NCBI GenBank assembly: GCA_031370645.1
Contig: JANMQV010000148.1
Location: 1-61,942, forward strand
DNA: 61,942 nt
Origin: Candidatus Eiseniibacteriota bacterium
GTDB taxonomy: Bacteria; Eisenbacteria; RBG-16-71-46; SZUA-252
Direction: 5' to 3'
Numbering within the stretch: position 1 is the stretch's first letter; each line of letters begins with the position of its first letter. A program made the position numbers and the translations under genes. Below, in pieces: positions 33,732 to 44,137 of this stretch. The notes under the pieces are model-generated. The model was not told the DNA's origin. It saw nothing but the letters and a program-made list of their open reading frames with translations, and made no database searches.

Positions 33732-34963
33732 ACCGCCACGCCGCCGCCTTTCACACCTTCACGCTCGCGGCTCTGATCGCCGCCGTCGCGTGGGCCGGGA
33801 GCGCCCGTGCCCTCGTCATCGAGGGGCGCGTCCTGAAGGGAGCCGACCACCAGGCGGTGGCGAATCAGCGCGTGGCCCTCCATGTCGTTCGCGGTAACGA
33901 GGAGATGCCGGGCGCCACGAAGTCGACCGGCGCCGACGGTCGTGTCCGCTTCGACAATATTCCCGAAGGGAACGGCCTCGAGTTCTACATGACGACCGAG
34001 TACGAGGGCGCCGTCTACACCGAGGGGCCGCTTCAGCCCGGGCCCGACGGCTCCTACCGCCAGGAGATGATGGTTTACGCCGTGGGGAAAGAGATCGACA
34101 AGGTCGAGGTCTCCAACCATCACATCATCATCGAGCGGAAGGACGACGGACTTCACGTCAACGAGATCCTGATCGTCGAGAACGCTGCCACGACGGCGTA
34201 CCTGGGAATCGGAGCGAACCACGCGGAGAACGCGGGGCTACGGCTCGGCTTGCCGGCCTCCATCAAGGGCTTCGAGCCCGGTATGGGCGGCGAAGAGGGG
34301 ACCCTCATCGCGCAAGGGCGCGAGATGATGAGCCTCCGTCCCATTCCGCCGGGGCAGCGACCGCTCTCGTTCAGCTATCACATTCCGCTCTCCGGGCGGA
34401 TGGACCTCTCGCACCGCGTCTATTTCCCCACGCGGACGTTCGTCGTGATGATCGACGATCCGCGCCTGAAGCTAGAATCGAAGGTCCTCACCTACGCGGG
34501 ATCGCGCGAGCAGGGGGGGAAGAAATACGAGATGTACACCGGCTCGAACATCGAGACGGGAAGCGAAGTCGAGATCCGCGTCCTCGGAGCGAGCTTCTGG
34601 TCGAATCCAGCGATCTACCCCTGGCTGGCGGTGCCGTTCCTGGTCGCCGGCGTGCTCCTCTTCGCGCGGCGCATGTCGGCCCGCGCGCCCCACGCGTTTC
34701 CCCCGGCAGGCGCCGCGTTCCAACCGCTTCCGCCGCCAGCCGCCGTGGGCGCCCCGAAAGCGGCTCGCGTCGCGTCGCCGCCCGAGGGGACGTCGCGTAA
34801 CGGCGACGACCTGGCCCAGACCTACGCCTATCTGATCGCCGCGCTCGACCATGGTCGCGACAAGGGCGAGGTTTCGGCGGAGAGCCACTCGTTGCTTCGC
34901 GGAAACCTGAAGCGCCGGCTCGAACTCATCCTGTCCGACGAGCCGGCCCCGCGCGGGCATTGA
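33728..34963 (+). CDS. ccm-associated periplasmic protein with C-terminal membrane anchor
   Basis: Signal peptide, beta-sandwich domains, TM, and a C-terminal IAALD...GEVS helix resembling the CcmI-like motif. Start overlaps the upstream stop (ATGA). Confidence 0.7.
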   Translation: MNRHAAAFHTFTLAALIAAVAWAGSARALVIEGRVLKGADHQAVANQRVALHVVRGNEEMPGATKSTGADGRVRFDNIPEGNGLEFYMTTEYEGAVYTEGPLQPGPDGSYRQEMMVYAVGKEIDKVEVSNHHIIIERKDDGLHVNEILIVENAATTAYLGIGANHAENAGLRLGLPASIKGFEPGMGGEEGTLIAQGREMMSLRPIPPGQRPLSFSYHIPLSGRMDLSHRVYFPTRTFVVMIDDPRLKLESKVLTYAGSREQGGKKYEMYTGSNIETGSEVEIRVLGASFWSNPAIYPWLAVPFLVAGVLLFARRMSARAPHAFPPAGAAFQPLPPPAAVGAPKAARVASPPEGTSRNGDDLAQTYAYLIAALDHGRDKGEVSAESHSLLRGNLKRRLELILSDEPAPRGH

Positions 34964-35601
34964 TTCTTCGCGCGGAGGGGATCCAGAAGCGCTTCGACCG
35001 TCACGTCGTCCTGCGCGACGCCGCGATCGAGATCGGCCCCGGGAGCATCACCCTCCTTCTCGGGACGAACGGTTCCGGAAAGACCACCTTCGCGAACATC
35101 CTCGCCACGTTGCTCTCGGCGGATCGGGGCGCCGTCACGCTCGACGGCACGCCGATCGAGAAAGCGCGAAGCGCCGCCCGGCGAGCCATCGGATTCGCGA
35201 GCCATCGTCCGCTTCTCTATCTCGGGCTCACGCCGTTGGAGAATCTAGCCTTCTTCGGCGGATTGGCCGGGGTCGCGTCGCCCGAGCAGCGCGCCATGGC
35301 GCTCCTCGAGCGGCTCGGCATGGCGCCCCACGCCCGCGCTCCGGTGGAGCGATTCTCCCGCGGCATGCTCCAGCGGATCGTTCTCGCTCGGGCGCTCCTC
35401 ACCGATCCCAAGATCCTCCTGCTCGATGAGCCCTACACGGGGCTCGACGAATCGGGCGTCGCGGTCGTAAACGAAGTGCTTCGGGACGCTCGCGAGCGAG
35501 GAACGGGGAGCCTCGTCATTACACACGAGCCGGAGCGGATCCGCCCCCTCGCCACGCGAGTCCTCCGCATGCAAGGCGGGCGCGTGGAGGCGGCGGCGTG
35601 A
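34960..35601 (+). CDS. ccmA: Heme export ABC ATPase CcmA
   Basis: GTNGSGKTT, FSRGMLQR, LLLDEPY. Confidence 0.92.
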   Translation: MILRAEGIQKRFDRHVVLRDAAIEIGPGSITLLLGTNGSGKTTFANILATLLSADRGAVTLDGTPIEKARSAARRAIGFASHRPLLYLGLTPLENLAFFGGLAGVASPEQRAMALLERLGMAPHARAPVERFSRGMLQRIVLARALLTDPKILLLDEPYTGLDESGVAVVNEVLRDARERGTGSLVITHEPERIRPLATRVLRMQGGRVEAAA

Positions 35602-36272
35602 AGACCCTTCTCGCCGTCACCATGAAGGACCTGAGGCTCCATGCGCGGGACGCGCGGTTCCTCGCCACGCTTGCGCTCTTTAGCGCCGCACTCGTGCTCA
35701 TCTTGAGCGTGGCGTTCGGTCCGATCTTCAACGACCCCGCGCGCGAAGCGAGCGCCACGCTCTGGGCCGCCCTCTTCTTCGCCGGGGTTCTCGGACTCAC
35801 GCGCGCGCTCGACTTAGAATCGGAATCGGGCGGCGGCGACGCGCTTCGCCTGACGGGGGCAGACCCCTACGCGCTCTATCTGGGGAAAACGCTCGCGAAT
35901 TTCATTCTCGTCGCGGCCGATTTCCTCATCCTCCTTCCGCTCGTATCGATCTTCTTCGATGTGGGGAGCCTGGCGGTCCTTCCCGGCGTCCTCGGCGTTG
36001 CCGCCCTGGGACTCGTCGGGTATGCTGCGTGGGGAACGCTCTTCGCCGCGCTGGCTCGGGGGCTTCGCGCCCGCGAGTTGCTTCTCTCCGTGGTGCTCTT
36101 CCCCTCGCTCGTTCCGCTCTGGATCGGCGCCGTGAAACTGACGAACGCCCTCTGGGGGGACGGATCGATCGATCCGGTTCGCGATTGGATCAAGGTGCTG
36201 GCGGTCATGGACGTGATGGGACTGGCGTTGGCGGCGTTCTTGTACGAACTCATTCAGGAGGCGACGGAGTGA
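35598..36272 (+). CDS. ccmB: Heme exporter permease CcmB
   Basis: About 6 TM; KDLRL, YLGK..N, RELLLSVVLFP. Confidence 0.9.
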   Translation: MKTLLAVTMKDLRLHARDARFLATLALFSAALVLILSVAFGPIFNDPAREASATLWAALFFAGVLGLTRALDLESESGGGDALRLTGADPYALYLGKTLANFILVAADFLILLPLVSIFFDVGSLAVLPGVLGVAALGLVGYAAWGTLFAALARGLRARELLLSVVLFPSLVPLWIGAVKLTNALWGDGSIDPVRDWIKVLAVMDVMGLALAAFLYELIQEATE

Positions 36273-36970
36273 ACGCGACGATCCCCGGCTGGTGGAACGG
36301 ACTCGGCAAAACTCTCTGGGCCGCGGCGCTGGCGCTTGTTGCCGCGTCGTTCTGGCTCGCGACGCAGGCCCCGATCGAAGTGCAGATGGGACCGGTTCAG
36401 AAAATCGTCTACGTGCACGTGCCGAGCGCCATCGCGACGCTCGTCGCCTTCGGCGTCACGTTCGCGGCGAGCATCGCCTACCTCGCGACGAAGGATTGGC
36501 GATGGGACGGCGTGGCGGCCTCTTCCTGCGAGGTCGGCCTCGTCTTCGCGACCGTCGTCATGGTCACGGGTCCGCTCTGGGCCCGCTCGGCGTGGAACAC
36601 CTGGTGGACGTGGGAACCGCGCCTCACGACCTTTCTCATCCTCTGGATCCTCTACGCCGGCTACCACGTGGTGCGGTCGTCGCTTCGCTCGGAGTCGCGC
36701 CGCACGATCTCCTCGATCATGGGGATCGTCTTCTTCATCAACCTGCCGATCGTCTGGAAGTCGATCGAGTGGTGGCGCGGATCGCTTCATCCGAAGAACG
36801 TGACGATGGCGCCCGAGATGCGGATGACGCTCCTCGTCGGGATGGCCGCCTGGATGATCTTTTACGGCGCGGCGCTCCTCCAGCGGATGAGGATCGAATG
36901 GCGTGCCGAAGCGCTGGCGACGGCGGACACGGGCGCCCCCGCGGGCGACGTCCGGAGGGTCGGGGCATGA
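36269..36970 (+). CDS. ccmC: Heme exporter CcmC
   Basis: YVHVPSA, GPLWARSAWNTWWTWEPRL (WWD domain), LHP. GTG start at 36269. Confidence 0.93.
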   Translation: MNATIPGWWNGLGKTLWAAALALVAASFWLATQAPIEVQMGPVQKIVYVHVPSAIATLVAFGVTFAASIAYLATKDWRWDGVAASSCEVGLVFATVVMVTGPLWARSAWNTWWTWEPRLTTFLILWILYAGYHVVRSSLRSESRRTISSIMGIVFFINLPIVWKSIEWWRGSLHPKNVTMAPEMRMTLLVGMAAWMIFYGAALLQRMRIEWRAEALATADTGAPAGDVRRVGA

Positions 36971-37065
36971 CCTACGCCATCATTTCCTACGTTTTCGCGG
37001 TCGTGCTCTGGATCGTCTGGGCCGCGGTCACGGCCTCGCGCGAGCGAAACCTGCGAGGCGAATAG
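36967..37065 (+). CDS. ccmD: CcmD-like small membrane protein
   Basis: 32 aa MTYAIISYVFAVVLWIVWAAVTASRERNLRGE: one TM plus a charged tail; start overlaps the ccmC stop (ATGA). Confidence 0.75.
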   Translation: MTYAIISYVFAVVLWIVWAAVTASRERNLRGE

Positions 37066-37072
37066 CCCCGTC

Positions 37073-37408
37073 ATGCGCGACCATTTGGATGAACTCGAGA
37101 TCTCGCCGGAACTGGTGCGGGAAATGGTCGACGCCGGGGAGCACTTCGTCCTGCTCGACGTTCGAGAAGATTGGGAGTGGGAGTTGGCGCATCTCGACGG
37201 CGCCATCCATATTCCCCTGCGCGAAGTGGAGTCGAAAATCGACACGCTCGATCCCGCCGCTGAGATCGTCATCTACTGTCATGTCGGTCAGCGGAGCGTC
37301 GATGCCTGCCTCATCCTCTGGAACGCCGGCTTCCGCCGCGTGCGAAATCTGACCGGCGGCATCAACGCGTGGTCGGAACTCGTCGACCCCTCGGTGCCCC
37401 GCTACTGA
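37073..37408 (+). CDS. Rhodanese-like domain protein
   Basis: LLDVRE, YCHVGQRS active loop, NLTGGINAW, VDPSVPRY. Confidence 0.9.
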   Translation: MRDHLDELEISPELVREMVDAGEHFVLLDVREDWEWELAHLDGAIHIPLREVESKIDTLDPAAEIVIYCHVGQRSVDACLILWNAGFRRVRNLTGGINAWSELVDPSVPRY

Positions 37409-37415
37409 TCCGCGG

Positions 37416-39110
37416 TCACAGATGCACGTAATTCGGACCGCCGCCACCTTCCGGCGGGACCCACGTGATGATCTGGTAGGGATCGGCGATGTCACAGGTC
37501 TTGCAGTGGACGCAATTCGAGGGATTGAGCTTTAATTTGATCCCGCCCTTCTCGCCGTCCGGAACCATTTCATAGACATTCGCGGGGCAGAAGTGCTGGC
37601 AGGGATTTCCGAACTCCTCGCGGCAGCGCGTGGCGCAAATGTTCGTGTCGGAGACGAGGAGGTGGGACGGCTGGTCCTCCTCATGCTTCGTGCCGGAGTG
37701 GAAGACGTCGTTCACCTTCGTGAAGGTCCGCGTGTTGTCATAGGCGCGCTGCGTCTCCTCGAGGGAGATCGGCGCCACGCCCGCCGCGGCGAGCGTCCGC
37801 ATCCGAGCGTGTCCCGGCTCCCAGGTCGGCCGTTCGCCGAAGCCGCGACCGCCGGTGAAGAGCTGAATGCCGGTGTTGATCATCCCCGCCCACATGCCGT
37901 GCTCGAAGCCCTGATGGAAATTTCGGACGCCGTGCAATTCCTTCCAGGCCCACGAGGCGCGGAACTTCTGATCGTAGGCGCCGAGCGTGGCGGCGTCGTA
38001 CTTCCCAACCAGGAGCGCCTCGAACGCGGTCTCCGCCGCGAGCATTCCCGACTTGATGGCGAGATGGACGCCCTTCAGGCGCGGCCCGTTCAGGAACGCC
38101 GCGCTGTCGCCGGCCATCAATCCGCCCGCCCAGGAGAGGCGCGGCATGGAGTAGAAGCCCCCCTCCGGAATCGCCTTCGCGCCGTAAGAAAGAATCCTTC
38201 CGCCCTCGAGCATCGCGGCGACGTAGGGGTGGAGCTTGAAGGCCTGGAAGATGCCGTGCGGATCGGTGTTCGGATTCCGATAGTCGAGCCCCGTGACGAA
38301 GCCGACGGTCAGTTTGTCGCCGTCCATCCCGTAGATGAATCCGCCACCGAACGTCGCGCTGTCGAGCGGGAAGCCCATCGTGTGGACGACGCGTCCCTTC
38401 GGAACGCGGCCGGCGGGCAGTTGCCAGACCTCCTTCACGCCCGACGCGTAGATCTGCGGCGCGCGCCCATCGTCCAGGTGGAGTTTCGGCGAGAGTCTCT
38501 TCGCGAGCGAGCCGCGGACGCCTTCGGACAAGATGGTGACCTTTGCCTTCACGTCCGCGCCCGGCTCGAAATTCGGCTTTCGATTCCCGTGCCGGTCGAT
38601 CCCCTTGTCGCCGGTGCGCACGCCGACCATCTGGTCCCCTTCGAAGAGCGCATCGACGGCCGCCATGTTCGGAAGGACATAGGCCCCGGTCGCCTCCACC
38701 AGCCCGCCGAGCCATTTCTCGAGCGCGCCGAGGGAGATGACATGATTGCCGTGGTTCTGGAGCGGAGGAGGAAGGAAGGGGAAGCGGATCTGGCCACCCT
38801 TCGTGAAGAGAAAGAGGTCGTCGCTCGTTACGTCCGCTTCGATGGGGGCGCCCTTCTCGCGATAGTCGGGCAGGAGCTCCTTCAGGCCGCGCGGATCCAT
38901 GACGCAGCCGGAGATGCCGTGGGCGCCAATTTCGGAGGCCTTCTCGAGCACCGCGATCGTGATGTCGCCGAGGGGGGCGCCCCCGCCTTCCGCGGCGGTG
39001 CGGTTATGCGCTTCGATTCGCTGCGTCAGGTGAAGCGCGCCGGCCAACCCGGCCGGCCCGCCGCCGACGAAGAGGACGTCGACTTCCAGCACGTCGCGCT
39101 GGTCGCTCAC
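37416..39110 (-). CDS. Electron transfer flavoprotein-ubiquinone oxidoreductase
   Basis: GGGPAGL FAD motif, [42 protein letters not shown] start at 39110. Confidence 0.95.
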   Translation of the reverse strand: MSDQRDVLEVDVLFVGGGPAGLAGALHLTQRIEAHNRTAAEGGGAPLGDITIAVLEKASEIGAHGISGCVMDPRGLKELLPDYREKGAPIEADVTSDDLFLFTKGGQIRFPFLPPPLQNHGNHVISLGALEKWLGGLVEATGAYVLPNMAAVDALFEGDQMVGVRTGDKGIDRHGNRKPNFEPGADVKAKVTILSEGVRGSLAKRLSPKLHLDDGRAPQIYASGVKEVWQLPAGRVPKGRVVHTMGFPLDSATFGGGFIYGMDGDKLTVGFVTGLDYRNPNTDPHGIFQAFKLHPYVAAMLEGGRILSYGAKAIPEGGFYSMPRLSWAGGLMAGDSAAFLNGPRLKGVHLAIKSGMLAAETAFEALLVGKYDAATLGAYDQKFRASWAWKELHGVRNFHQGFEHGMWAGMINTGIQLFTGGRGFGERPTWEPGHARMRTLAAAGVAPISLEETQRAYDNTRTFTKVNDVFHSGTKHEEDQPSHLLVSDTNICATRCREEFGNPCQHFCPANVYEMVPDGEKGGIKLKLNPSNCVHCKTCDIADPYQIITWVPPEGGGGPNYVHL

Positions 39111-40078
39111 GCGCTCGCCACTTTCTCGTGCTTGCTTCCGCCGTGCGCGCGCGCCTCGAGCCAGCGCTCGGCGTCGATGGCGGCCATGCAGCCGCTCCCC
39201 GCCGCGGTGATCGCTTGGCGATAGACGAAGTCCTGCACGTCGCCCGCGGCGAAGATTCCTTCGACGCTCGTCTTCGTGCCGTCGTGCGTCTTGAGATAGC
39301 CGTTCGGGTGAAGCTCGAGCTTCCCCTCGAAGATCACGGTGTTCGGCTGATGCCCTATCCCCATGAACACGCCGTCGATTTCCAGGTCGCGCTCGGCGCC
39401 GCTCTTCGTGTCCCGGAGTCGCACACCGGTCACGCTTCCCTTGGCGACGTCGTGAATGTCGAGGACCTCGGTATTGAAGAGGAAGTCGATCTTGGGATTC
39501 GCGCGCGCCCGCTCCTGCATGATCTTCGACGCCCGAAGCTCCTCCCGCCGGTGGACGATCGTCACATGCGACGCGAACTTCGAAAGGAACGTGGCCTCTT
39601 CCATGGCCGTGTCGCCGCCGCCCACGACCATCACGCGCTTCCCGCGGAAGAAGAACCCGTCGCAGGTGGCGCACGCGGAAACGCCGTGCCCCATCAATTT
39701 CGATTCGTTCGGGAGTCCGAGAAGTTTCGCGGAGGCGCCGGTCGCGATCACGAGCGCTTCGGCAAGGTAGGTCTTCTCGTCGGCCACGACCTGGAAGGGA
39801 CGCGACGTCACGTTCACGGAATCGACCTGGGCTTGGACGAACTCAGTGCCGAAGCGGGCCGCCTGGGCTCGCATTTCGGTCATGAGGTCGGGCCCGAGCA
39901 CGGCTTCGCGGAAGCCGGGGTAGTTCTCGACGTCGCTCGTGATCGTGAGCTGGCCGCCCGGCTGGACCCCCTCGAAGACGAGAGGCATGAGATTGGCCCG
40001 GGCGGCGTAGATGGCGGCCGTGAGGCCCGCCGCTCCGGAGCCCAGGACAATCAGTTGGCGTGTTTCAGTGGTCGGCAT
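39107..40078 (-). CDS. trxB: Thioredoxin-disulfide reductase
   Basis: [42 protein letters not shown]. Start at ATG 40078. Confidence 0.97.
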   Translation of the reverse strand: MPTTETRQLIVLGSGAAGLTAAIYAARANLMPLVFEGVQPGGQLTITSDVENYPGFREAVLGPDLMTEMRAQAARFGTEFVQAQVDSVNVTSRPFQVVADEKTYLAEALVIATGASAKLLGLPNESKLMGHGVSACATCDGFFFRGKRVMVVGGGDTAMEEATFLSKFASHVTIVHRREELRASKIMQERARANPKIDFLFNTEVLDIHDVAKGSVTGVRLRDTKSGAERDLEIDGVFMGIGHQPNTVIFEGKLELHPNGYLKTHDGTKTSVEGIFAAGDVQDFVYRQAITAAGSGCMAAIDAERWLEARAHGGSKHEKVASA

Positions 40079-40291
40079 GGAACAGGAGGCTCCTCGTTCG
40101 GGTTTTGATGCTGCGAGGGTCGGCCACGGTCCGGAATCGCTCCAACGCGCTCCGGCATCGAAAGCGGGAGCCGATTGAAGGATACTAGGCAATCGCTCGC
40201 GGGCGTTCAACCTCTTGGAAGAACGGAATCTAGCTCGCCAAAGATCGGCCAGATCGGCCGAAATGGATGAAACACCCCTAGGAGGATTGGA

Positions 40292-40888
40292 ATGCGGACG
40301 AAGTCCCTGCTGACCTCGGCGCTCGTCGCCGTCACGCTCGCGCTCTCGGCCACCGCACAGGCGGCCACGTGGACCATCGACCCGGCGCATTCGTCGGTCG
40401 GATTCTCAATCCGGCACATTTTCAGCAAGGTGCCCGGCTACTTCGACAAATTCACGGGGACGATCGACTACGATCCGGCGAACCCCACGGCCGCTTCGGT
40501 GAAGGTCGAAATCGATCCCGCATCGATCGATACGAAGACCCAGAAGCGCGACGACCATCTTCGTTCGGCCGACTTCTTCGACGTGGCCCAGTTCCCGGCG
40601 ATGTCGTTCGTGAGCACGAAGGTCACGAAAGGCGAGGGGAACGCGCTCACGGTCGAAGGCAACCTCACCATGCACGGCGTGACGAAGCCGGTGACGCTGG
40701 CGGCGACATTCCTCGGCGCCGGTCCCTCCCAGCCGGGTCAGAAAATCGGTTTCGAGGCGACGACGAAGGTCGACCGGAAGGACTTCGGCATCATTTGGAA
40801 TCGCGCGATCGACAACGGGACCCTCTTGGGCGACGAGGTCGACATTACCATCGGCATCGAGGCTCAGATCCCCGGAGAGAAGAAGTAA
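40292..40888 (+). CDS. YceI family periplasmic polyisoprenoid-binding protein
   Basis: Signal peptide, [28 protein letters not shown]. Confidence 0.93.
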   Translation: MRTKSLLTSALVAVTLALSATAQAATWTIDPAHSSVGFSIRHIFSKVPGYFDKFTGTIDYDPANPTAASVKVEIDPASIDTKTQKRDDHLRSADFFDVAQFPAMSFVSTKVTKGEGNALTVEGNLTMHGVTKPVTLAATFLGAGPSQPGQKIGFEATTKVDRKDFGIIWNRAIDNGTLLGDEVDITIGIEAQIPGEKK

Positions 40889-41802
40889 TCCCCGATCGGA
40901 TTCGGCTCTAGCCATCGCCGCATCCATGCCGCCACCGACTCGACCGCGTCGAGAAGGGGCGGCGGGGTGCGGCGAATTTTGTCTCCGGCCTGAAACGAGT
41001 GGCCGGCCCCCTCGATGATGCGTAGTTCCGTCGCGGTGGAGCGCCCGAAGCCCGCGAGTTCCTCCGCCTCCGACAGCGGCACGAGCGCGTCGCGCGTTCC
41101 ATGCACGACCAAGAGCGGCGCCGTGAGCGCGGCCACCGCCGCCGCGCTGTCGTACTCCGCCTTGTGCTTCTCCCAATCGACGTAGAGATCCGGCCCGAGA
41201 CGGAGCGTCTGCTTCGTCCTGAAGTCGTAGACCTCCGCCGCCTCGCCTCTCCGCCACGTCTCGAAGGTGCCCTCCGGCCAGACACCGATGCGGGAGGGTG
41301 CGCCGAGCGTCGCCACGGCGCGCACGCGCCGGTCACGCGCCCCGTGGAGGAGCGCGATGATCCCGCCGCGACTATGCCCGACGAGTCCGAGCCGCGTCGC
41401 GGCGTTTGGAGACCCCGCCTCGCGAGGTGATGACGCGGCGAGGACTCCCTCCAGCCAGTCGGCGACGGTGCGAAGGTCCTGCAGGTCGCCGCCGTACGTG
41501 CCGCGCCGGAATCGCTCCGGCTCGCCGAATGTTCCATCCGCATCGGTGATCCCGCTCGACGAGAAGTTGAAGGCGACGGTGGGCAGGCCTTCTTCGGCAA
41601 GGCGCGTGGCGAGGAAGGTGAGAAATCCCCACGATTTGTATCCGCGAAAGCCGTGGCAGAGAATCACGCCGCGCCCCAGCGCGCGTCCCGGAGCGGCCGC
41701 GTAGTGGTCGAGGCGAAGCGGACCGCCGTCGGCGCCGCGAAGTTCGACCGGCTCGGGGATACGAAGCGCGGGTGGCGGGGTCTCGTCGGGCGTGGCGCTC
41801 AA
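40864..41802 (-). CDS. Alpha/beta hydrolase
   Basis: CHGFRG, GHSRGG nucleophile elbow, HGTRD, GAGHSF. TTG 41802 overlaps the NUDIX stop. Confidence 0.88.
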   Translation of the reverse strand: MSATPDETPPPALRIPEPVELRGADGGPLRLDHYAAAPGRALGRGVILCHGFRGYKSWGFLTFLATRLAEEGLPTVAFNFSSSGITDADGTFGEPERFRRGTYGGDLQDLRTVADWLEGVLAASSPREAGSPNAATRLGLVGHSRGGIIALLHGARDRRVRAVATLGAPSRIGVWPEGTFETWRRGEAAEVYDFRTKQTLRLGPDLYVDWEKHKAEYDSAAAVAALTAPLLVVHGTRDALVPLSEAEELAGFGRSTATELRIIEGAGHSFQAGDKIRRTPPPLLDAVESVAAWMRRWLEPNPIGDYFFSPGI

Positions 41803-42203
41803 TCGCGGGAAGCCAGAAGATCGCGGATGAGATCGGGAAGAATGGGGCCGTCTCCTTCGACGAAGGTGAGATCGGCGAGCGCCCCGGGGAGTACCCACCG
41901 GAGTTCGGCCACGTCGAGTGGGCGTGGTGCCGCGGAGGGGTTGCGGCAGAAGTGGAAGTAGAGCGAAACGGTGCGGTCGGAATAGAGGTGCGAGAGCGCC
42001 CTCCAAAGGAGTCCGACTTCGACATCGATCCCGAGTTCCTCCTGAAATTCCCTGCGGAGGCACTCCTGCATCGTTTCGCCGACGTGTCGTTTGCCGCCCG
42101 GGAATTCCCAGCGGCCGCCCTGATGGTCGTGGTCGTGCCGGCGAGTGATGAGCACCTCGGTTCCGTTCCAAAGAATGCCTGCGGCCACGTCGAATCGTCG
42201 CAT
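41799..42203 (-). CDS. NUDIX hydrolase, MutT/NudG-like
   Basis: WEFPGGK...ET...CLRREFQEELGI Nudix box. Start at ATG 42203. Confidence 0.9.
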   Translation of the reverse strand: MRRFDVAAGILWNGTEVLITRRHDHDHQGGRWEFPGGKRHVGETMQECLRREFQEELGIDVEVGLLWRALSHLYSDRTVSLYFHFCRNPSAAPRPLDVAELRWVLPGALADLTFVEGDGPILPDLIRDLLASRD

Positions 42204-42298
42204 GATGGTCCGACGACGGTACGGAAGCGCCGGAGGGGCGTCAACCGGAGCCGTGGAACTCGGCGTAGGAAGCGGGTTTCGCGATGAGGGCGAGAGCG

Positions 42299-44032
42299 CT
42301 ACTCTGGGATCGAGTAGAGGAAGGCGCGCCGGAGGCGAGTCGGGCGCTGCCCCGGGTCGAACCCGCCTCGGAGCCAACCGAGCCAGGAGGCCGCATCGTC
42401 CCGAGTGAGCGCCTCGGGCAGGAACTCGATCGCGCCGTAGGAGAATCGGTCCCGGCTCCAGCCGAGATTCGAGCGCTTGTAGAAGAAGGCGCACATGCGG
42501 TCCTTATTCTCTCGCGGCCGAAAGAGTTTGAGGCGGCACCGATTCACGGCCTCGTCGGTTCCCGCGCGCGGCGTGATTTCCAAGATTCCTTCCCGCTCCT
42601 CGATCTCGAATCCCGCTGTCCGGCGGGACGCAATCGTCCGCACGGCGTCGAAGACTTCTCGAAGCGATGCCTCGCGGGCCTCACGAGCGGAGCTTCGGCC
42701 GGCCGTGATTGTCTCGGCCGAGGCGGCGCCGCAACCCTCCGCTCCGGCTCCATCCGGCGGCTCCGCGCTCGGCGACGGCCGGAGATTCGTTCGAGCGAGC
42801 AGTTCGTCGAGCGCGGCCTGCGGCATTTTCCTCCGGCGCGCTTTCCAAGCGAAGAGGGGGCGCGCCAGCGTCCGTACCGCCGCAAGGCGTGCGTCGTAGA
42901 TCGCCGTGGCAAGTCCCGGTTCGGCGAGGTCGCGCGCATCGTCCGGCTGCACGATCAGGCTCACCTCGATGTTCGGCGCCGCGCCGATCGGGATTCCGTT
43001 CCGGCGGCACGCCTCGTAGACATGGGCGAAGACGCGGCGCATCTCGTCGTAGCGGGGGACGGGGTGGCGCTCCATCTCGGCTCCGATCACGGGGCGGAAG
43101 ATGCAGACGGTGGGAAATGCCCCGAGCGAGGTGATGTAGTCGATGGCGCGGAGCGTGTCCTCGACCGGCTCCACGCCCGCGATGATCTCGCCCGAGACGG
43201 CCCCCTTTCCGAGTTTCTTCGCCGTGTACTCGAGCGCCCGGAAGAAGAGCTCCTGCCCTCCGGTTCGCTCCTTTCCGGGGAGGTAGCGGGCGAAAAACTC
43301 GGGATTCTGGAATTCGTAGCAGAAGGAGAAGTGGTCGGCGCCTAGCTCGATCATGCGATCGTATTGTTCCAGATCGCGCGTCGGGTAGAGCTGCACGCCG
43401 ACCAGCGCGCCGACTTCTTCCTTGATCGCCTTCACGTAGGGCGCCGCGAGCGCGAGATCGCGCCCCGATTGATACCCGCTGTTGAAGTGGACGAACGTGA
43501 CGCCCGATTCCTGCTTCGCCGCCCGCGCCACCTCCACCACGTCGTCGACGTGCTTTTGCGCGACTTCGTTCACGCCGACGTTCGAGCCGGTGGTGCAGAA
43601 GCGACAGTTTTGCGAGGGATCGGAGTACCAGAAGAGGCAGGAGTTGGAGATGTAGATGCCGAGGTAGGTTCCTTGCAGGACGCCGATCTTCCCCATCTCC
43701 ACACCGCGCGAGGTCGTTCGCTTGTACCAGGCAGGCTCTTCGGGGACGCGGACCGCGTAGCGCTCGCCGGTCCGCTCGTCGCGAAGCGAGTAACCGCGGT
43801 CGTCGCGCGACAAGTAGTAGGGAGAACGGCGCGCGAAATCCTCTTCCACCGGGGCGTTGAGCCAGATTTCCTTACGCGCCCCCGGAATCACGAGCTCGAG
43901 TCCCGAGCCGAGACCGGCGCGCGTGCGAGCCACAACGCGCGCATCTTGCTCGAGCCGGCAGGAGGGGTCGATGCGAAGCCCGTTACAGAAGAGATCGATC
44001 TCGAGTTCGCACGGATTGCGGCGGGAAGTCAT
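42299..44032 (-). CDS. Radical SAM protein with expanded Cys motif and extra C-terminal domain
   Basis: CLFWYSDPSQNCRFC (CX10CX2C); TIM-barrel-like body; SD AAGGAG. Resembles the MSMEG_0568-type / BioB-like branch. Confidence 0.8.
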   Translation of the reverse strand: MTSRRNPCELEIDLFCNGLRIDPSCRLEQDARVVARTRAGLGSGLELVIPGARKEIWLNAPVEEDFARRSPYYLSRDDRGYSLRDERTGERYAVRVPEEPAWYKRTTSRGVEMGKIGVLQGTYLGIYISNSCLFWYSDPSQNCRFCTTGSNVGVNEVAQKHVDDVVEVARAAKQESGVTFVHFNSGYQSGRDLALAAPYVKAIKEEVGALVGVQLYPTRDLEQYDRMIELGADHFSFCYEFQNPEFFARYLPGKERTGGQELFFRALEYTAKKLGKGAVSGEIIAGVEPVEDTLRAIDYITSLGAFPTVCIFRPVIGAEMERHPVPRYDEMRRVFAHVYEACRRNGIPIGAAPNIEVSLIVQPDDARDLAEPGLATAIYDARLAAVRTLARPLFAWKARRRKMPQAALDELLARTNLRPSPSAEPPDGAGAEGCGAASAETITAGRSSAREAREASLREVFDAVRTIASRRTAGFEIEEREGILEITPRAGTDEAVNRCRLKLFRPRENKDRMCAFFYKRSNLGWSRDRFSYGAIEFLPEALTRDDAASWLGWLRGGFDPGQRPTRLRRAFLYSIPE

Positions 44033-44072
44033 GTGGGAAGCGGCTCCTTCGCCACCCCCAGCGGGCAGCGTA

Positions 44073-44089
44073 ACGTATTAATAATACGT
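44073..44089. promoter_or_regulatory. Perfect 8-1-8 palindromic operator
   Basis: ACGTATTA-A-TAATACGT about 40 nt upstream of the radical SAM start; contains a -10-like TATTAT on minus. Confidence 0.65.
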
Positions 44090-44137
44090 CACTTGCCGCC
44101 GCTCGTCGATGGTACCTTGGTACCGTTTTCGAGGCGC

